From the NCBI GenBank assembly GCA_036172245.1, contig JAYWIR010000037.1, positions 992,001-1,056,000 on the forward strand: DNA of 64,000 nt. Reading direction: 5' to 3'. The position numbers and the translations under genes were made by a program. Positions 39,051-52,989 of the stretch are shown one piece after another (positions within the stretch are counted from its first letter, which is position 1; each line of letters opens with the position of its first letter). The notes under the pieces were generated by a model. The model was given only the letters and a program-made list of their open reading frames with translations. It was not told the DNA's origin and did not search any database. This DNA comes from Raillietiella orientalis (Eukaryota).

Positions 39051-42049
39051 AACGCGTCTCTTCGCAATCTTCAAGAGCCCACGGGGGAACCTGCAACGAA
39101 ACCTGACTACCCGGCTGGCAGCCAGCCGTGGAGCGAGAAGAGTGGACACATAGCCTTTGTCGGCTTGGTCGTTCCATCGGAAGCAGACGAAGCTCAAAAG
39201 TTCCTTTCCTCGATGCGTGCTGCTCGGGGACAGCCCGTCTTGAAGACAAAATGACCTTGAGAGCAGGGACTTTAGGCGTACTCTTCGACGGTTCCTGCTT
39301 CGGGACCCTACCTCCAAACTTCATGAAGGATGCCAGCTTTTGTGAGAGGTGCTCCGCCGGGAATCCAAGATCAGAATGCGACGATACTGCACGAACCAGA
39401 CGGCAGACCCCTTCTTGACGGCAGACCCCGAAAACGCCTGGAAGAGGTGTGCATCCCTTCTCTCGACCACCGCACCTGGTCCTCGCTCGGTAGCTCCTCT
39501 TCCCTTTTAGAACGCATCACATTCTCCCTTTCTCCCAAGTAGGGTGCTGGCTTTCCGCATCTTCCCTCTTCTTGGCAACAAACATCCTTTCCCCGAGTGA
39601 AGGCAGCGGCTCTCTTCCTAATCAAGGCGTTTCATTGCGGGGGATCCATGTGGCCACGGAATCCACCCTTTTTCTGACTCCAATCCTGGTGGCTTCCCTC
39701 CTGCTCCAGGGCAAAGGCTGAGCTCCAGGCGCTCTCCAGCTGAACGGATCAGCCATCTCATGGATCGCCGTGAGATGCCTGCATCCTCCTCTTTTTCCTC
39801 CTCGTGGGACAGCTTTCGGTCGACTCCCTTCTTCTCCAGCTCCTACGTCAGGAGTTCCACTGGCTCTGAAGGAAACAGTCAAGCCTTCTTTCTGTTCCTT
39901 TTTTTGCTTTCTCAGAGGAGGAAGAAGTGGCTGTCTTGCCCTGACGGCGACACCGAGCCTCCTGACAGCATCCCGAGAAGCAGCCCGCCGCCGCGCACCT
40001 TCCCCTGAGAGCTCTTCAGAGGCTTTCAGGACCTGACCCAGCGGCCTTCTTCATCCTCCCAGATCCTTGGAATCGAGGGAGGGCTATCTGAAGGGGTGGG
40101 TTTTTTTTGAGTCTCACAGGACCAGCTCAGCCTCGGGGTGCACCCTGGTAGGAGGTCCTCCTGCGTGCATGGCAGGCAAAGGACAAACGGCTCAATGGGG
40201 GCGTCCTTGGATACCCAGCGGGCTCATAGGGCAGAAGCAGAAGCTCCCTCCTTTGAACCGGAGGCGTACGACGTTGCGAAACCGCGGCTCCCGAGAGGAA
40301 GCTGGCTGAGGGGGGGAAAGCCGGGAGGGAGGGAGGACTGCGTTCTCCGTCTCCGTGGAAACGGTCGGCTTGCATAGTGCACGAGCGCCGCTGTGCGGAC
40401 CGACGGTAGAGGACGAGTTCCTCTTCACAAGGAGTGGATCCTCGCAACGCGCGCCTTGGAGGTATCCTGGGTTACAGGATCCCAGCATCGACTACCCCGG
40501 CATGCACAGGAGGCGTCATCGGTGCTGCTGAGGAGCACCCCCAGCCGTCACGAGAGCAGAGGATGAGAGCGTCCAGCGGCAGACTTTCCACTAGGAGGAG
40601 ATGCTTTCACCGCCAGCTGCATCCCTCAGCACCATCTATCCTTCTTCTTCTCCTCCTCCTCCTCCTCCTTCTCCGAGATTCCCACCTCTGCCTCTCTCGT
40701 GACCTTCGGACTGGTCGCGCTCGTCCGAGGCGCGATCGTGCTGAGTGTACCTGCAGCCACAGAGGCAGCAGTGCCATGGAGAACCGGGAAGAGCGAAGGG
40801 AAGCGGAGACTCCTCGCCGCGCGTGAAGGGACGCCCGAGAGGCGGGTGGAAGGGATCGGCGGAAGGCGCAGGAGCAACGCGTCCACGAGGAGAGTGAAGG
40901 GGGTTGCCTCCCGGCGCAGGAACGGTCGCTGTCTCCGGTAAAGACAAGGAGGTTCCTTCCGGGGACTGCCCTCGGGCCTCGCGCCCCGCCTCAAGGAGCC
41001 TTCTCCCAGTCTCTCTTGTTCCTCGGATCCGGGTTGCGCCGGGGTTGCTTGCCCGGAGGTCCACTCGACCGAGTGTAGGAGGAGGACGTCCGGGAGGAGG
41101 CTGCGCGTGTGCCCTGCTGGCCGTCGCTATCGCGGCGGGCGCACGCGCGCCGGCCGCGAGTGCGCGTGTCCCCCTGAGAGCAGAAGTCCCTCCCTCTCGA
41201 GGGCGGGGCTTTCCCTTCAGGCGCGTTCGGGGAGGATTCCTGAACCTCCGCGTTCTTCCCCTTGCCCTGCGTCTCTCCCTATGTGCTCCCAATCTGCCCC
41301 ACGATCCAAGGGCGCGGAGGAAGGAGGGGGGAGAGGAAGGATGGATGGTACTCCCGGTCCTGGCTATAGGACCCCGGCCGAAGCGAAAGCAGGAGACTGT
41401 CTTTTTTTTCGCCCTACCCTAAAGGGAGGGACTCAGCCACCCCTCCCCTCGTGCGGTTGATGGCGGAGCTGCCTCGATCCCCCCTTTACACCCGGGTGCG
41501 CCGGGTGTAAAGAACTGGGTGTGAAGATGAAGCTGGGTTTCCTCTGGCGAACAAACTTATATAAATTCCGTGACTGGACCAGTGGTCCAGCCACGCCCTA
41601 GATATTGGCAGCCTGCCGGGTAACCGGTACGCAGACCAGTATGGTCCAGCTCGGCAGCAGAGGGGATGGGGCAAAAAAAAAACAAAAAGAAAACAAAAAA
41701 ATAAACAAAACCGGGGAGGGAACGGGGAGGGATCACAGTCTGCTGGGAGGGTCCGTCATCCTCTGGAGGATGACGGCAAGCTGCTGCTGGATGTTGGATT
41801 CCTCGATCCTCCCAACCCCTACTTCCTTCAACGGGGAAGTGGACAAAGGGTGCCCCGCCGCTCCTTTCGGCAAGCGTCCGAGATCGCTTTCCCCCCTCCC
41901 CCCTCCGAACAGCGAGAGTGGAGGAGCGCGACACGCAGTCCTTCTTCCCAGTCGCCTGGACCCCTTCCTCCTCTTCGACGAGAGGCGATGGAGGGAGGGT
42001 GACGACCCCCTCCAGCGCGACGGCCTAGCCGCTCCGCTCTCTCCGTGTT

Positions 42050-42700
42050 GAGGGGGCTCCCGGCAGCGAGGACGACCTCTCCGGTGATCCCGTCGCCGAT
42101 CTGAGGAGGAGGATCCAATCACGGGCGTCCCTCGCTCGGGAAACGTGGAGGCGCGCGTAAATCACCGGCTCGGGGGCTGCTCCGCGCTGCCAAGGAGACG
42201 ATTCACAAGATATGGAGGAGGAGGGAGGCCGCAGTCCGCGAGGAGGCGCCCGGCCGGCCGGCCGGCCAGCATCCTCGCGGACCCGGCTCGGCAGCCAATG
42301 AGAGCGTCCCGCGCCCCTTCGCCTGCCAGGACCGGTCCTGCGCGCGATCCGTGCCTCCGACGTACTCCCGGGTTGCGGATCCCGGAGACTTCGCGCGCAG
42401 CAGTCATCCCCTCCCTTTTCACCTCCTTCCTCTCGCGCGCGCCAGGACATCCCTCCTTCCCGTCCCGGCCGCCGCTCCCCCTCCCCCACTGGAAAGCCCG
42501 CGAAATCACCCGCAGCTGCCGGAGAGCACCCGGCGCCCTCGGAGTCCCCGCCCTCCTCCTCCTCCTGCTCCCGGGGGCCCTCCCTGGAATCCGACCCGGC
42601 GGGAGCGAGACCCCTCCGCCTGCGTGAAAACGCCCGTGCTCCCTCGCGCCGCCGGGGGATTTCGGACGCGTCCCGACGGAGGCGGCGGCTCTCCGGGCGT
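42050..42700. promoter_or_regulatory. CpG-island-like promoter candidate
   Basis: Very GC/CpG-rich, with CCAAT boxes at 42115-42119 and 42295-42299 and GC-box-like runs. No associated gene identified. Confidence 0.3.
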
Positions 42701-44129
42701 CCCTTCCCTCCTCCCCTTCCCTTTCGAATGCGATCCGATTACAAGGGAAACATCTGTTCCCGCTCCGCCCTACCTTCCCCGGGATTCCAGGTGATTCCTC
42801 CCCTCGCCCCGAATCCGATTCGGGGAAGATTAGCGGGGCTTAGTTGAAAAAGACATCACGGAGCTGCCGCCGCCGGCGGTGGAAGCGGTTCGGGAAGAGG
42901 AGGCAAGGGCGCGGAGGAATGGTCCGAGAGGAAGCGTCAGCGATCGGAAATGGGGGAGGAGATGCCCTCCTCCGGAAGTCAGCCGCATCGTGAGGCTATC
43001 CGTCCGCTCCGGCCGCCCTCCCGCAGAGACGTGCGTGACCCGAGGCCATCGTGGCGCTTGACCGCAGAGTCGATGGGATAGGGGTGGAGGGAGGGGAGCG
43101 GGAGGGAAGGATCCGTTACAGCCGCGCGCTTCCGGGAAGAATGGACTCCTTCCAGCACGAGGGCCGGCAAAGCTTCAAAAGGGTCGGCGTTCATGAGCCC
43201 CCGTTTTACCCTAAACCTCTGGCGCAAGCATTCCTCGCTCCCAGAGGAGGAGGAAGCCCCTCTCGGAAAGTGCGGACGCCACCCCTCCCCGATCGGGCCC
43301 CGCTCAGCAAGGAGGTCTCTTCACGAGAGCGCGCGGTAGTCAATCCGGATCACGTCTGATCCGTGTCCGAGATTTCCTGCCTCGACCGGAGATGAGCGGA
43401 GCAGCGCAAGTGACCGCGTCTCTCTCCTCTCGTGACCTAAGAACTGACGCTCTCGCTCCGACGGGCCGGGTCTTCGGTCGCTGGCGCGGGCGGAGGTGCC
43501 ACCCGCGAGCCTCGACTCCAGGAGGCCGGTGGAAGCGGTCCTCCTGGACGCACCGGGAAAAAAGGAAGGGAGGAACTCCAGCTTTTCTTTATCTTTCGTT
43601 TGCATTCTGTCGCCGATGGGACAGAGTGGAGCTTTGGGAGGAGGATTTTATGTTGCGCAGACCAGAAGGAAGGAATCCAGGACGTTTCTCGCAGGACTGG
43701 ATGGTTCCGGTCGGGAGTGCGGCCGCTTCTTTGGGAGTCTGAAATGCCACGCGGAGGACGCGCGGGATGAAGGCATTTTGCTTCTGCCTTACTGCGTCGG
43801 AGCTGGTTTCGCCTGTAGCTTCCCACCCTGGTTCCCTGGGCCTCCCCACCGTGTCCTCTTCGATGTCCTCGCGCAGAGAAGACTGATCGACTTCTCTCTA
43901 ATGAGGGTAATTGAACGAGCCCTGGCTCTTTCACTTCCCCTCCGAAGGAGTGCCCTCTACAGCAGGACCATGGCGAGGTGCTGAGGGGGTTGAAGAACCC
44001 TAAGAAGCAGGAAGAGAGTGTCGAGAAAGAAACGGCGTGCTCCCATGGGGAGTATTCGAAACCCATGGTGCATGTCAAGATGCACAGGGAGGGAGAAGAG
44101 AAGGGGTGGCGGGAACGCTATCCCTATAT

Positions 44130-45100
44130 TGTATTGTAATCCTCATTTTCGTGCTATCAGTAGTGACGAAGAATGAGCAGATGTCCGGTTGGAGAAAGAA
44201 GAGGTCAGGTAAGATGTCATCCGGAGCAGAAACCTTCCTATCAGAAATCATCAGGGTCATGCTGGCGGCGTTTGCTCCTAAAGATTAGAGGTGACCTTGC
44301 GCGTGACCGTCAGCTGCACCGGACGCCCATGCGAAGGAAGAGGGTCGCGGACGCGAGTTTCTTTCTTTTCCTGTTTGTCCTCCTTCTGTTTTCCTTTTTT
44401 TCTGGCAAAATTTTCGCCTGTGGGTATCTTCCAGCTGGGAGCCCTCAGGGACGGAATGGGCTCTTGACCTCCCAGTAAAAGGCCTTGAAGGCTCGGTGGA
44501 AAGGATGCAAGAAGACTTCCGAAGGACGATGGAATTCGTCCTCCCGCTGTCAGCTAATTTCGCCCGCCTTTTCGTGGCAGAGAACTTTCTAGGGACAGTA
44601 GGACGGTCGTTCTGGATGCCTTTCATCTATCCGAAGACGCGGCAGATAGATGGAAACGCCCAAGAGGAGAAGAAATCAAGGCATCAAGAAGCGGTCCTCC
44701 TCTCGTTCTTTCCCGGGATACAGCTCACGGTTAAAAAGCATGCAGTTGGTTCCTCCAAATTTACCCAGGCAATTGAAGACCTCCTAGTCATGTACTGACC
44801 GCTTCATGGTGTCACATATAGGAAGGACACTTACTGGACCCATAGAGATTGGCCGCCCGTCCGATAAAGGATAAAATCCACTTACGGAACTGATGCCGGA
44901 AGGTCGCGTCTTCTCTAGAAACGAATTGCTGGTGCCAACATCGGGAACAACGGCTCTCCGGTTCTTCCAGCGTCACCTGGTGTGCGAATCTCCACCACAT
45001 GAGGTCAAGGGAACGAAGGACCGGAGGGATGGATCTCTGCATCGCTGCACTCAGCAGCTCATGCAATCAGCCAGCAGCTTCCAGAGAGCTTAAGGAAGAG
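44130..45100 (+). mobile_element. decayed Ty3/gypsy integrase relic (zinc finger plus core, separated by ~450 bp)
   Basis: FLSE/HQGHAG..VSCTG (~44235-44330; H2C2). Then one frame 44805-45093: SHIGRTLTGP..SDKG*..FSRNELLVP..RFFQRHLVC..TKDR..CTQQLMQ (cf. HIGIDLTGP..GN..FSKW.EAVP..F..HIVCRFG..TDRG..FTSQLMQ). Confidence 0.55.
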
Positions 45101-45659
45101 GCGAGCGAGCGCCGGCTTCAGGGAACTCCCGACTTTCCGGGGAACGCATCCAAGCACCATTCTTCTTCATTCCTCTCTGGTCTGCCGGTGGATACTTCGG
45201 GTCTGGGCTCTGCCCCGTCGATCCTCCGATGACGACTGTCACGAAGCTCCGTTAAGGATCCGAAGGGTCACGTGAGAGTGCCTATGCTCTTTCGCCAACG
45301 GGTTTCCTTTTCCTCCTGAAGCCGCTGATCGAGATGACGTGGACAGCGGCCTCACCTTCCTCTCGGTGTCCTTGGGATGTCAGAATCCGCCAACGCAATG
45401 TCGAGACCCGAGAATCTCAGTCGCGTCGCCTGGCGAACAGGAGCTTCCTTTGCGGAAGAGGAATCGCCTCTCCTTCCACGGCTGGGGGAAAAGACACAGG
45501 CTCGCACGTCGCATGCCTTAGAATAAACCCGGGCGCATGATGGGCGAGAAATGCACACGCCGGCTCCAGGCGCCTTCGGTGCAACTTGGGGCTTGATTCT
45601 GAATTCTCGTTCCCATAGAGAAAACATTCTTTGAGGAGACTCTTCACCGATTTCTGGAG

Positions 45660-45900
45660 CAACTCCGTTTCGTTCGAGATGAAGCTGGAAGCGATAAAAT
45701 ATGGTCGCGGCAGCTTTTGTGCAAGAAATCCATCGTATTATTTACGGAGGAGAATCGATCTTTGGAGAGTGTTTTTGAAACGAGGGAATGCGAAGAGAAG
45801 CTGTTTCGGAGAGACGCCACGGAACTCATTCCTCTCCCCGCCGGCGCCTCACGGGAAGTCCTTTCAAAGCGGGAAAAACGAGCCGTGGTAGAGAAAACCG
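45660..45900 (+). mobile_element. decayed pogo-like transposase N-terminal DNA-binding region
   Basis: ORF 45631..45891: VSFEMKLEAIKYG...RIDLWR...KSFQSGKNEPW (cf. YxxxFKLxAIxYA...IRxWR...KxFRGxKxxWP of pogo/POGK-type transposases). No catalytic domain or TIRs recognised. Confidence 0.42.
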
Positions 45901-46456
45901 CCCTGTGGCAGAATCCACCATCATCCGATCTTGTTTCTTTTGATGGTCAAGTCATACATTCTTCACTTAAACGCGAGACACGAGACAGGGCAGGGACCCC
46001 CCTGAGATGAGCAGCAGGAGGGGAGAAGGAAGCCGCCGAACTCTGGACCGGCATTAGAAGACCCAGAATTGCCTTCTGGGCATTAATTCAGTACACTTCC
46101 GACAGGTCATTCTCTGGCTAGAACGCTTCCGTCCACAGCCACGTCTCAAAAACTCTCTCTTGTTCCGGGTACGCAGCATTGGTGACAAGAGAAGAAGAAA
46201 GCGAAAGAGGAAGGTAGCAGCAGTTCTTCAGGGACTGGGCTTCCCGACTCTCTGTTCTCGTAAACTTCTGTTCCAATAGACTGTTCTAACCGACTCTTTG
46301 TTCCAGCAGCGGAAACAAGCTGAAGAGATTTAGAAAAAAACGTGATCCTGTTACTAACGATCGGAAGACCGTAGGTCTTCGATGTAGGATGGTGGGAATT
46401 TTTCTGGGTTATTCTATTTTCGTTGCTTTCCTTCCATTTTCTTTTCTCTTTTTCGG

Positions 46457-46927
46457 TTTTTTTTTTTTTTTTTTGGTTCGCTAAATACTGAAGAATCGTC
46501 CGCTTCCCTAGGTGGGGCTCACGACGCTCTTTAACACCGTCCACGCCACCCGAGTATGCGTGTAACTCTTCGAGTTATAAGGGGCAACCCCGAAGGGATT
46601 CAACTCATGAATCCAGGAAGGCTCCGGAGGAAGAACGAGTCCGCTTCTCTTACGCTTGGTAGGAAGTCCTCGCTCTGGTTGTCTCCAAAGGGAACCTCTT
46701 CCTTCTCTCCAGAGGGGTACCCCAGAGGGAAGCCACTCCTCGTTTCTTCTCCGAAGAGAACCCTGAAAGGATCCGTTCCTGAAATTCTTTTCCGGAAAGG
46801 ACCCACAAGGGAACCGCTCCTCTGAAGAGAATCCCGAAGGAACGCATCCAAATTTTTCTGGAGGGCTCCTCTTATACTCTGGAGAGGCAACCCCCGAGGA
46901 GATGCTAACCAGCTCCACGGCAAGCGA
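46457..46927 (-). mobile_element. SINE-like element, copy D (5'-truncated, with poly(A) tail)
   Basis: T18 run at 46457-46474 directly abuts the family 3' end (minus strand ...GACGATTCTTCAGTATTTAGCGAACC-A18). The body matches copies A, C and E; the tRNA-like head is absent. Confidence 0.87.
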
Positions 46928-47379
46928 TGGACTCCCAGAAAACCGAAGATGCGAAGAAGATTGGACCCGTGAACTCATCATCTAAGGATCGGTGGGAAAG
47001 TTTTATGAGAAATGAGCAGTGCACCACATCCCGGCTCACGAGCCAGCTCGCTTTGCACCCGCTTGAGCGAGACTGGAAGCAAAGCAACGAGATCATGATG
47101 GAACTCCGAAGAATCAGATAGCGAAGATGTAAGCTGCTTTCAACTGCTAGATGGCTGCTATAAGTTCTTTCATTTTTCTAACGGGTGCGAAAGAGCGTGT
47201 CACAGAAGGACGGAAGCGCAGGAGCAGAATTGCTAACTGCGGAATAAGCTGTGATTCACAGCTTGGAACATCGAAAGTGTTCCCCTTTTGGAGTGGCCGC
47301 TGTCAGGTAGGGAGCCAGCAATCCACTTGTGGAGATTTGTTGATTCTTCCAAATGAGCGAGTTTCTCTTTTTTGGGAAA

Positions 47380-48000
47380 AAAAAGTTGTTATTTTTGGGA
47401 ATGCGTCGGGCAAGTAGACAAACCAAAAAGTCTATCTCCAAATCGCTCTGTTTCTTTTCCCATCAAAATGCGGTATCCGTAGGGAAAGTGACACGAACCA
47501 ATAAAAATACAGTGGCTCTAGAAGTGCGTGAGATCGACCCACGAATTGCGAACTTTGCATTCTGCGTAAAAGGTGAATTCGACTCGGAGGTGCACACTGC
47601 GAACACCTGGAATTCGGAAACGTAGAGGAACATCGGGAAAAGACGTGGCTGTGGAAAAAGTTCCCCATTTTTCCTCGGGCGAGTTTTGGGCCGACTATCT
47701 GCTTGTTTATGTGCTCTATCGTGATATCCCACCGTCAGTATTAAGTAATTGGATCCATTGCCTGGTAAATCGCATGGTACTTCTTCGTAGAGACTCCTTG
47801 AAGCGTGACGAATCCTCAGGAGAGCAAGCCCACCACCAACCGTGAGCCAAAGCGCAAAGGGTTCACTCATCTCGTATTGATTATAATCAAGCACGTATTC
47901 GCATTCTGGTCTTGCAATATTCTGTTTCAAAACAAAGGTGGATATCTTCGAGGGTGGACATTGTCCACAGTTTCGGGAAATACAGCTGAAATCTCATCGT
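47380..48000 (+). mobile_element. decayed LINE APE relic
   Basis: VVIFGNASGK..KVYLQIAL (cf. IxxWNAxGL..KxELxxxL), LLVYVLYRDIPP..MVLLRRD, TNREPK, SSRVDI. Confidence 0.35.
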
Positions 48001-49899
48001 TCGTGCTGTTGAGAGGTGGTCAGCCATTCCTTGTGTCTGCTTCTCTGTTATTCAAAATGGTGGGTGTTGATTTTTTTTATTTCGAGCTGAGATCAGATCT
48101 GTTGAAGCATCTATCTTCCCAAGGATCATCTGATGCAATGCTGATTGAATGAAAGAATTGCAAGAATTTGCTTCTTCTTTTTTTTTGCTTGAAGGCGACT
48201 CATCTTTGCTAGCAAAAACGCTAAGACTTTGCTCCCTCTGATGCCTATCTTCAAAGCTTCGAACGCGATGTCTGTTGCAATGTTCGGCACAAGTGTTCCC
48301 TTCGACCACTTTGAAAGTTGAACAACAAACCATTCAGATGACCTTTGAGAGAGCGAACGCAGGTCCCATGCACTCCAGTGGATTGTTTCAAATTTTATTG
48401 CCGAAACTTCCGAAAAGATCGTTCTGTTCTTTCACGGATGAAGCCAGTCGCTGTCATTCCGTTCTCTGTTTATCACCGTCTGTTGCATCTTGATACAAGG
48501 TGTGGATCAGAGGAATTCGCACCAAGACATGGGCCATACCAAGAGATAAAAGAGGGTTTCTTGAACTGGCATATGATGGATTTCGTTTTCGGAAAACTTC
48601 AAGAGCAACAGTGGTCCTGCGTGATTATCATGCTCTGCGCACGGACACGGACAACGGAAAGCCATCAAGGCGTCCTGTTTGGAATTCAAATTTAAATTAA
48701 GGTGAGATAGCATTCGTTATTATTAGTCACGGAAGTGGGCACAGTTTAGCAAAACTCCAAATGAAAAGACACTTTTAATAGAAGATGATGAATGTGTGAG
48801 GCCAGATTTATGTGAAAGAGGAAAACTTCAGCTTCTCCGGGATGGGCAAACTCCAAATGCAGCAGATTTATGGCTTGATGAGCTCTTTATTAAATACACT
48901 TTTTTGGACAGTGCTGTAGAGGAAGCTACGCGTGAATCTCGGGACCCCGAGTTCTCTGATTCAACAAGAGATATTATGAAGATTATAAAGTGCTTTCTGA
49001 TACTGGATGCACGTTTCGTTTGCGGCTCTGTGTTTCAGAACTTTGGGGACACCGAAACAGCGGTGATGGAAAAGCAGTCGTCCCGAAAGCGAGAGTTTCT
49101 CTTTGGCTACGTTTCCTTTCTTGGACGAAAATGGTCAGCGAATAACCTGAGGTCCTCTCTGGCATGCCGATTCCTTCAGGGAGGGACCAGGAATCACGCG
49201 AAGGACGTCTTCCGCAAGCATATGCAGCATCCGGACCTGCGCGGCCAGCTGAAGGTGGCGCACGTGCTGGGAAGGTGCCTGCGACCCATCAGCAAGACCC
49301 TGGAAAGTCTGAGAAGAGAGAGAAGCAGACGCCGGTAGTTTAGGCGACGAACACACCGGCGTCGAAGGGATCTCAGACTAAGACTCCGTACCAGAAGGCT
49401 GGCTGAGGCACCTTCTTTCGTACATCCGCGAGAAAATAAACAAAAAGAGCGGAGGCTAAGTAATAAGAGCAAATGCCTTCAGATTAGTTTTTTTTTTTCT
49501 TTTTCTTTGCATGGGATTGGCATGTCTTTTTTGAGGATGACGTTAGAAGATACGGATACGGATAGATGAGTTTGTGATTGTGATCTCGGCATAACGATGA
49601 AAGCCAAATAATGGTGCCTCCGATGGCGTTGAATCATTAAGGGTAAATTGGAAAAAAGCAAAAAAACATTCATGACCTGCTTCCTTTCCTCCACCAAGCA
49701 GACGAAATGTTAAAAAAAAAAAACAAAAAAAACAAGCAGCAACAAAAAAAAAAAAAAAAAAAAACGTATTTTACATTAAGACTACGATACCAGGAAATAC
49801 TCTAATCATGTTGGTGCAGAACAGGAACATAAAGAGAAAGACTGCAGCGCAGTAATGATGACATCCAGGGAACTCGGCAGAAAACGGGAGTGAAAAGCT

Positions 49900-50800
49900 T
49901 CCATCCATTTGCCACACCAAATTACCCGCCCGAAATCCTCGTCGAGGAAATTCCCGACCTTCTTTACGGTGCTACCTAAACGACTCTCTCTAAGCCGCAT
50001 GCGTGAGGAGTTTATCAGCAAGGCAATGAAAAGCTGTCGACAAAACCCTGCGTGAACCGTGCTGCGTTTATCCGGAACAGACTATCCGATGTCATCTCGT
50101 TTGTGTGTTACGCACCGGTAATGATAAAACATTCTCCCCGCTGGACACCAAGCTTTCCGAATTAAATGATTCAGAAACGGGAAGGTATGCGCTCCGCGGG
50201 GATTCCTGCAGCTCTCTTCTGTTCACTTCCTTTGATGCTTGTTTTCCTGCGAGATTTCCTCCCACTTAGCTGAAATTCGCTTTGTCGCGTTCTAAGGTTT
50301 CGTTATTCTTCCCAGTGTCCTGGCCATACTTGTCTCGAAAAGATGCAACTGCGTAAGACGATATTGGAGACAAGAAAGGAAGGCAATCAATTCTTCTCTC
50401 GAAAGAAGGTTGGACGAACATACGAAGCGAAGACCTTAATGGAAATTCAATCTAGTGAAGGAGGAGTGCCGACCTTCAACCGAAAAGGATTGGTCTTTTT
50501 CCAATAGTCCTGGTAAAATTTAAGGACGCTCATCGCTCATTTCCGGAAAGATGAAACTGCTTTTAAGATCCAGCTCGACAGCCATTCGCACGAGCCAGTG
50601 GGTTTATCGGTTCTTCGGTCTCATCGATTTCCAAGAGGTCAGCCACCACCGTTCCCCAGCTGGAGAGAGGATTTCTTTGCGAAATCATTTCGTTCACACT
50701 CATCATTGGCTTGAGTCCCCACTGATGACTGGTGTACCTACTCACATCCTTTTCGTAACTGTGAGAGACGTGAAGGATTTCAAAATCATTGCATCTGGCA
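49900..50800 (-). mobile_element. decayed LINE reverse transcriptase relic
   Basis: SHQWGLKPMMSVNEMI...VADLLEIDETEEPINP (cf. QxGFRPxxSTxD...AVFLDIxKAFDxV), and downstream STVKKVGNFLDEDF (cf. VKYLGVxLDxxL). Confidence 0.45.
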
Positions 50801-51359
50801 GCTTCACACTAGAAGTGGTACTGCCTACTCGGAGCAAAGTGGACTTGCTGAAGTAGTATGGTGAAATGATTCGATAAGTTGCATAGTGAAAATTATGGAG
50901 ACAGTGAGAGCGAGAGAGAAAACAGACAATTAACTCGAGTGAGGCAATGGTAATGTGCTTTTTGACAGATGAAATTCTTCAAGCATGAAGGCTCTCCACT
51001 ACTGATTCGTTATCCAATGGACCAAAAAATTTATGCTACAGTAAAGAAGCTGGTGACACTTCCCTGGGTCCTCTCCAGGATTCTTTTCGCTGGAAAAAGG
51101 AGTTCGATGGGGATCGAAATCGTTTCAATGCTCTACTTCTAGGAATCTGCACGAATCTCTGGGAGCAAGTTAGCGGTCATATTTGGGGGGATCAGTAACC
51201 TCCTAACAACTCTTCTTCCTCCTGATTCCCCTTCAGAAGAGCAACACTCCTCAGAATACCTGAGAAATCGCGCACGATAAGTACCCACAAGGAAAATGAT
51301 TGCTGTGCACATGACAAGTATCAGAGCGGCACGCAAAAGCTTTTTAATACAGCAGCATG

Positions 51360-51600
51360 CAAGAGAACCTTGTGGACGATGGTTCGTGGAGACTTATCGT
51401 GTTCGATCCAAGACAACCGTGAGGAGTTTTCGGTCCCATGGAGGGTGCGAGGAGGAGGAACTTCGGTTGAAGTAACTACTGCGCCTTGTTTTTGGACCAT
51501 ATCATGAAAATTTTCAAATTATTCTGGAGTGTATTTCATTTTGTGAGGGACAAATAATTCGGAGTGCTCTTGGGCCACCATACTGAGCAAATGAGGAATT
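51360..51600 (+). mobile_element. possible gypsy RT fragment
   Basis: DDGSWRLIVFDPRQ (cf. KDGSWRLCVDYRQL). Little else recognisable. Confidence 0.28.
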
Positions 51601-52329
51601 GTGCATCTCAATGCTAGTTGAGCGAGGAGGCTGTTACCTGATTCTATCAAGAGAATGCAGTGCGATGCCACTCATTATGTAAACGGAGATTAGCTCCTTG
51701 GTCAAGACAGTCGTGTGCTCAACTATCGAAATCATCTGAATCTGCAATCAAAAACCCACACTAGTGACTAGGCTTTGCATCTCTTTCTGTTGAGGAATGT
51801 CTGAATTTAGGTACTAAGAGATCATGGAAGTGCTCCCGTTTCGCTTCTGCACTGATCTTACTGCGATCTTTTCCTACGGAGCAGCGTCACGGAGAAAAAT
51901 GGCAACGCTACATCTCCGAGAGGCAAACTTGTGCGAGATTCCTTTATTTTCCATTTCTACCTTTGGGCGAAGGACACTGAGTCTAGAAGAATCTGAAGAT
52001 TGTTTTTCTTCAACATGTTTGTCGTGATAGCTTCCATTTTGGGATGTGTTGCCAGATTCATCCTTGACGAATATTCTCTGTATTATGATTCGTACAAGAT
52101 TCCGCGCATTAGAGTACTTGGATAGGTGTCCATCAACTCACGTACACGTTTCAGATAAAGGTTTGAATTTCCCACAGCCTTATAGCATGGATTCTAGCAT
52201 TTAGAATAGTTTGGATTCGAGTGATTGGTGAGAGGGTCTCACTTGTGGTTTTGATTTTCCTCCTAGAGTGGTTATCGGCCTTGTGCCAGTCCCTATTCCG
52301 AAGAAGATTTCGCTGAGTGTGTTTCGTGA

Positions 52330-52920
52330 AAATGAACATCGTTAGCTTATATCAGTGTAATCAGCAGAGCACTTTTAGAGAGAGCACTGATTCGCCCTTC
52401 CCTTATCAAACGATCAGGTCATCTTCCGCTTCAAACACCCGCTTTTCCACGGAAAAGCATCATCTATTTGTGGATACCGAATAGAACCAGAAAATGGGGC
52501 AAGGAATGCTCCTGAACAAAGTGGTTCTCCCCGTGACAAATCAACCTTACGTGATCGTGTTTGAGATCATTGCTTTTTCATCCCCGAGATCATGCGTAAG
52601 CAAATAAACAGAAAAGTGTTACATCCGTCCAGCCCACACTGCGACTGTGGGATTCTTAATGTTTGGAGGATGGAAACCTTTCCTCAAAAAACTGCGTGTA
52701 GTATACTTTTATCCGTTTTTCAGAAGATCCCCTGTTCCAAAATTCCATCTTTCTTGGCAATGAGAGCTCTGGGTTCTACGAAAATGCATTTTCGCTTTCA
52801 TCCCCAAATGAAAGCAGAGGCAAATTTTTGCGCTCATCGATTTCTCAAGTAGTCTTTTTCATCTCGCCGCATCCAAGTTTCTGCTGTTTCGAAACCAACC
52901 ACTTCAAGGTATGACTTCTT
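52330..52920 (+). mobile_element. decayed LINE APE relic
   Basis: SLYQCNQQS, SICGYRI, CYIRP and SIFLGN...PNESRGKFLRSSI (cf. IFLGDFN...NxRGKxLxxxI), in the correct order. Confidence 0.4.
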
Positions 52921-52989
52921 TTTGAACCAGAGAGAAACAGCATGCGCTGCTGAAAAAATTGCTCTGAATGTACGAGGCTGTTGCTCAAT

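Noticed and set aside
41570..41601. Helitron 3' end (hairpin plus CTAG)
   Set aside because: CTAG is followed by A rather than T, the spacing is short, and no matching 5' TC end or second copy was identified.
48345..48450. HMG-box-like start (PCTPVDCFKFYCRN)
   Set aside because: The downstream HMG helices and conserved Trp are not found, and the surrounding sequence fits LINE debris better.
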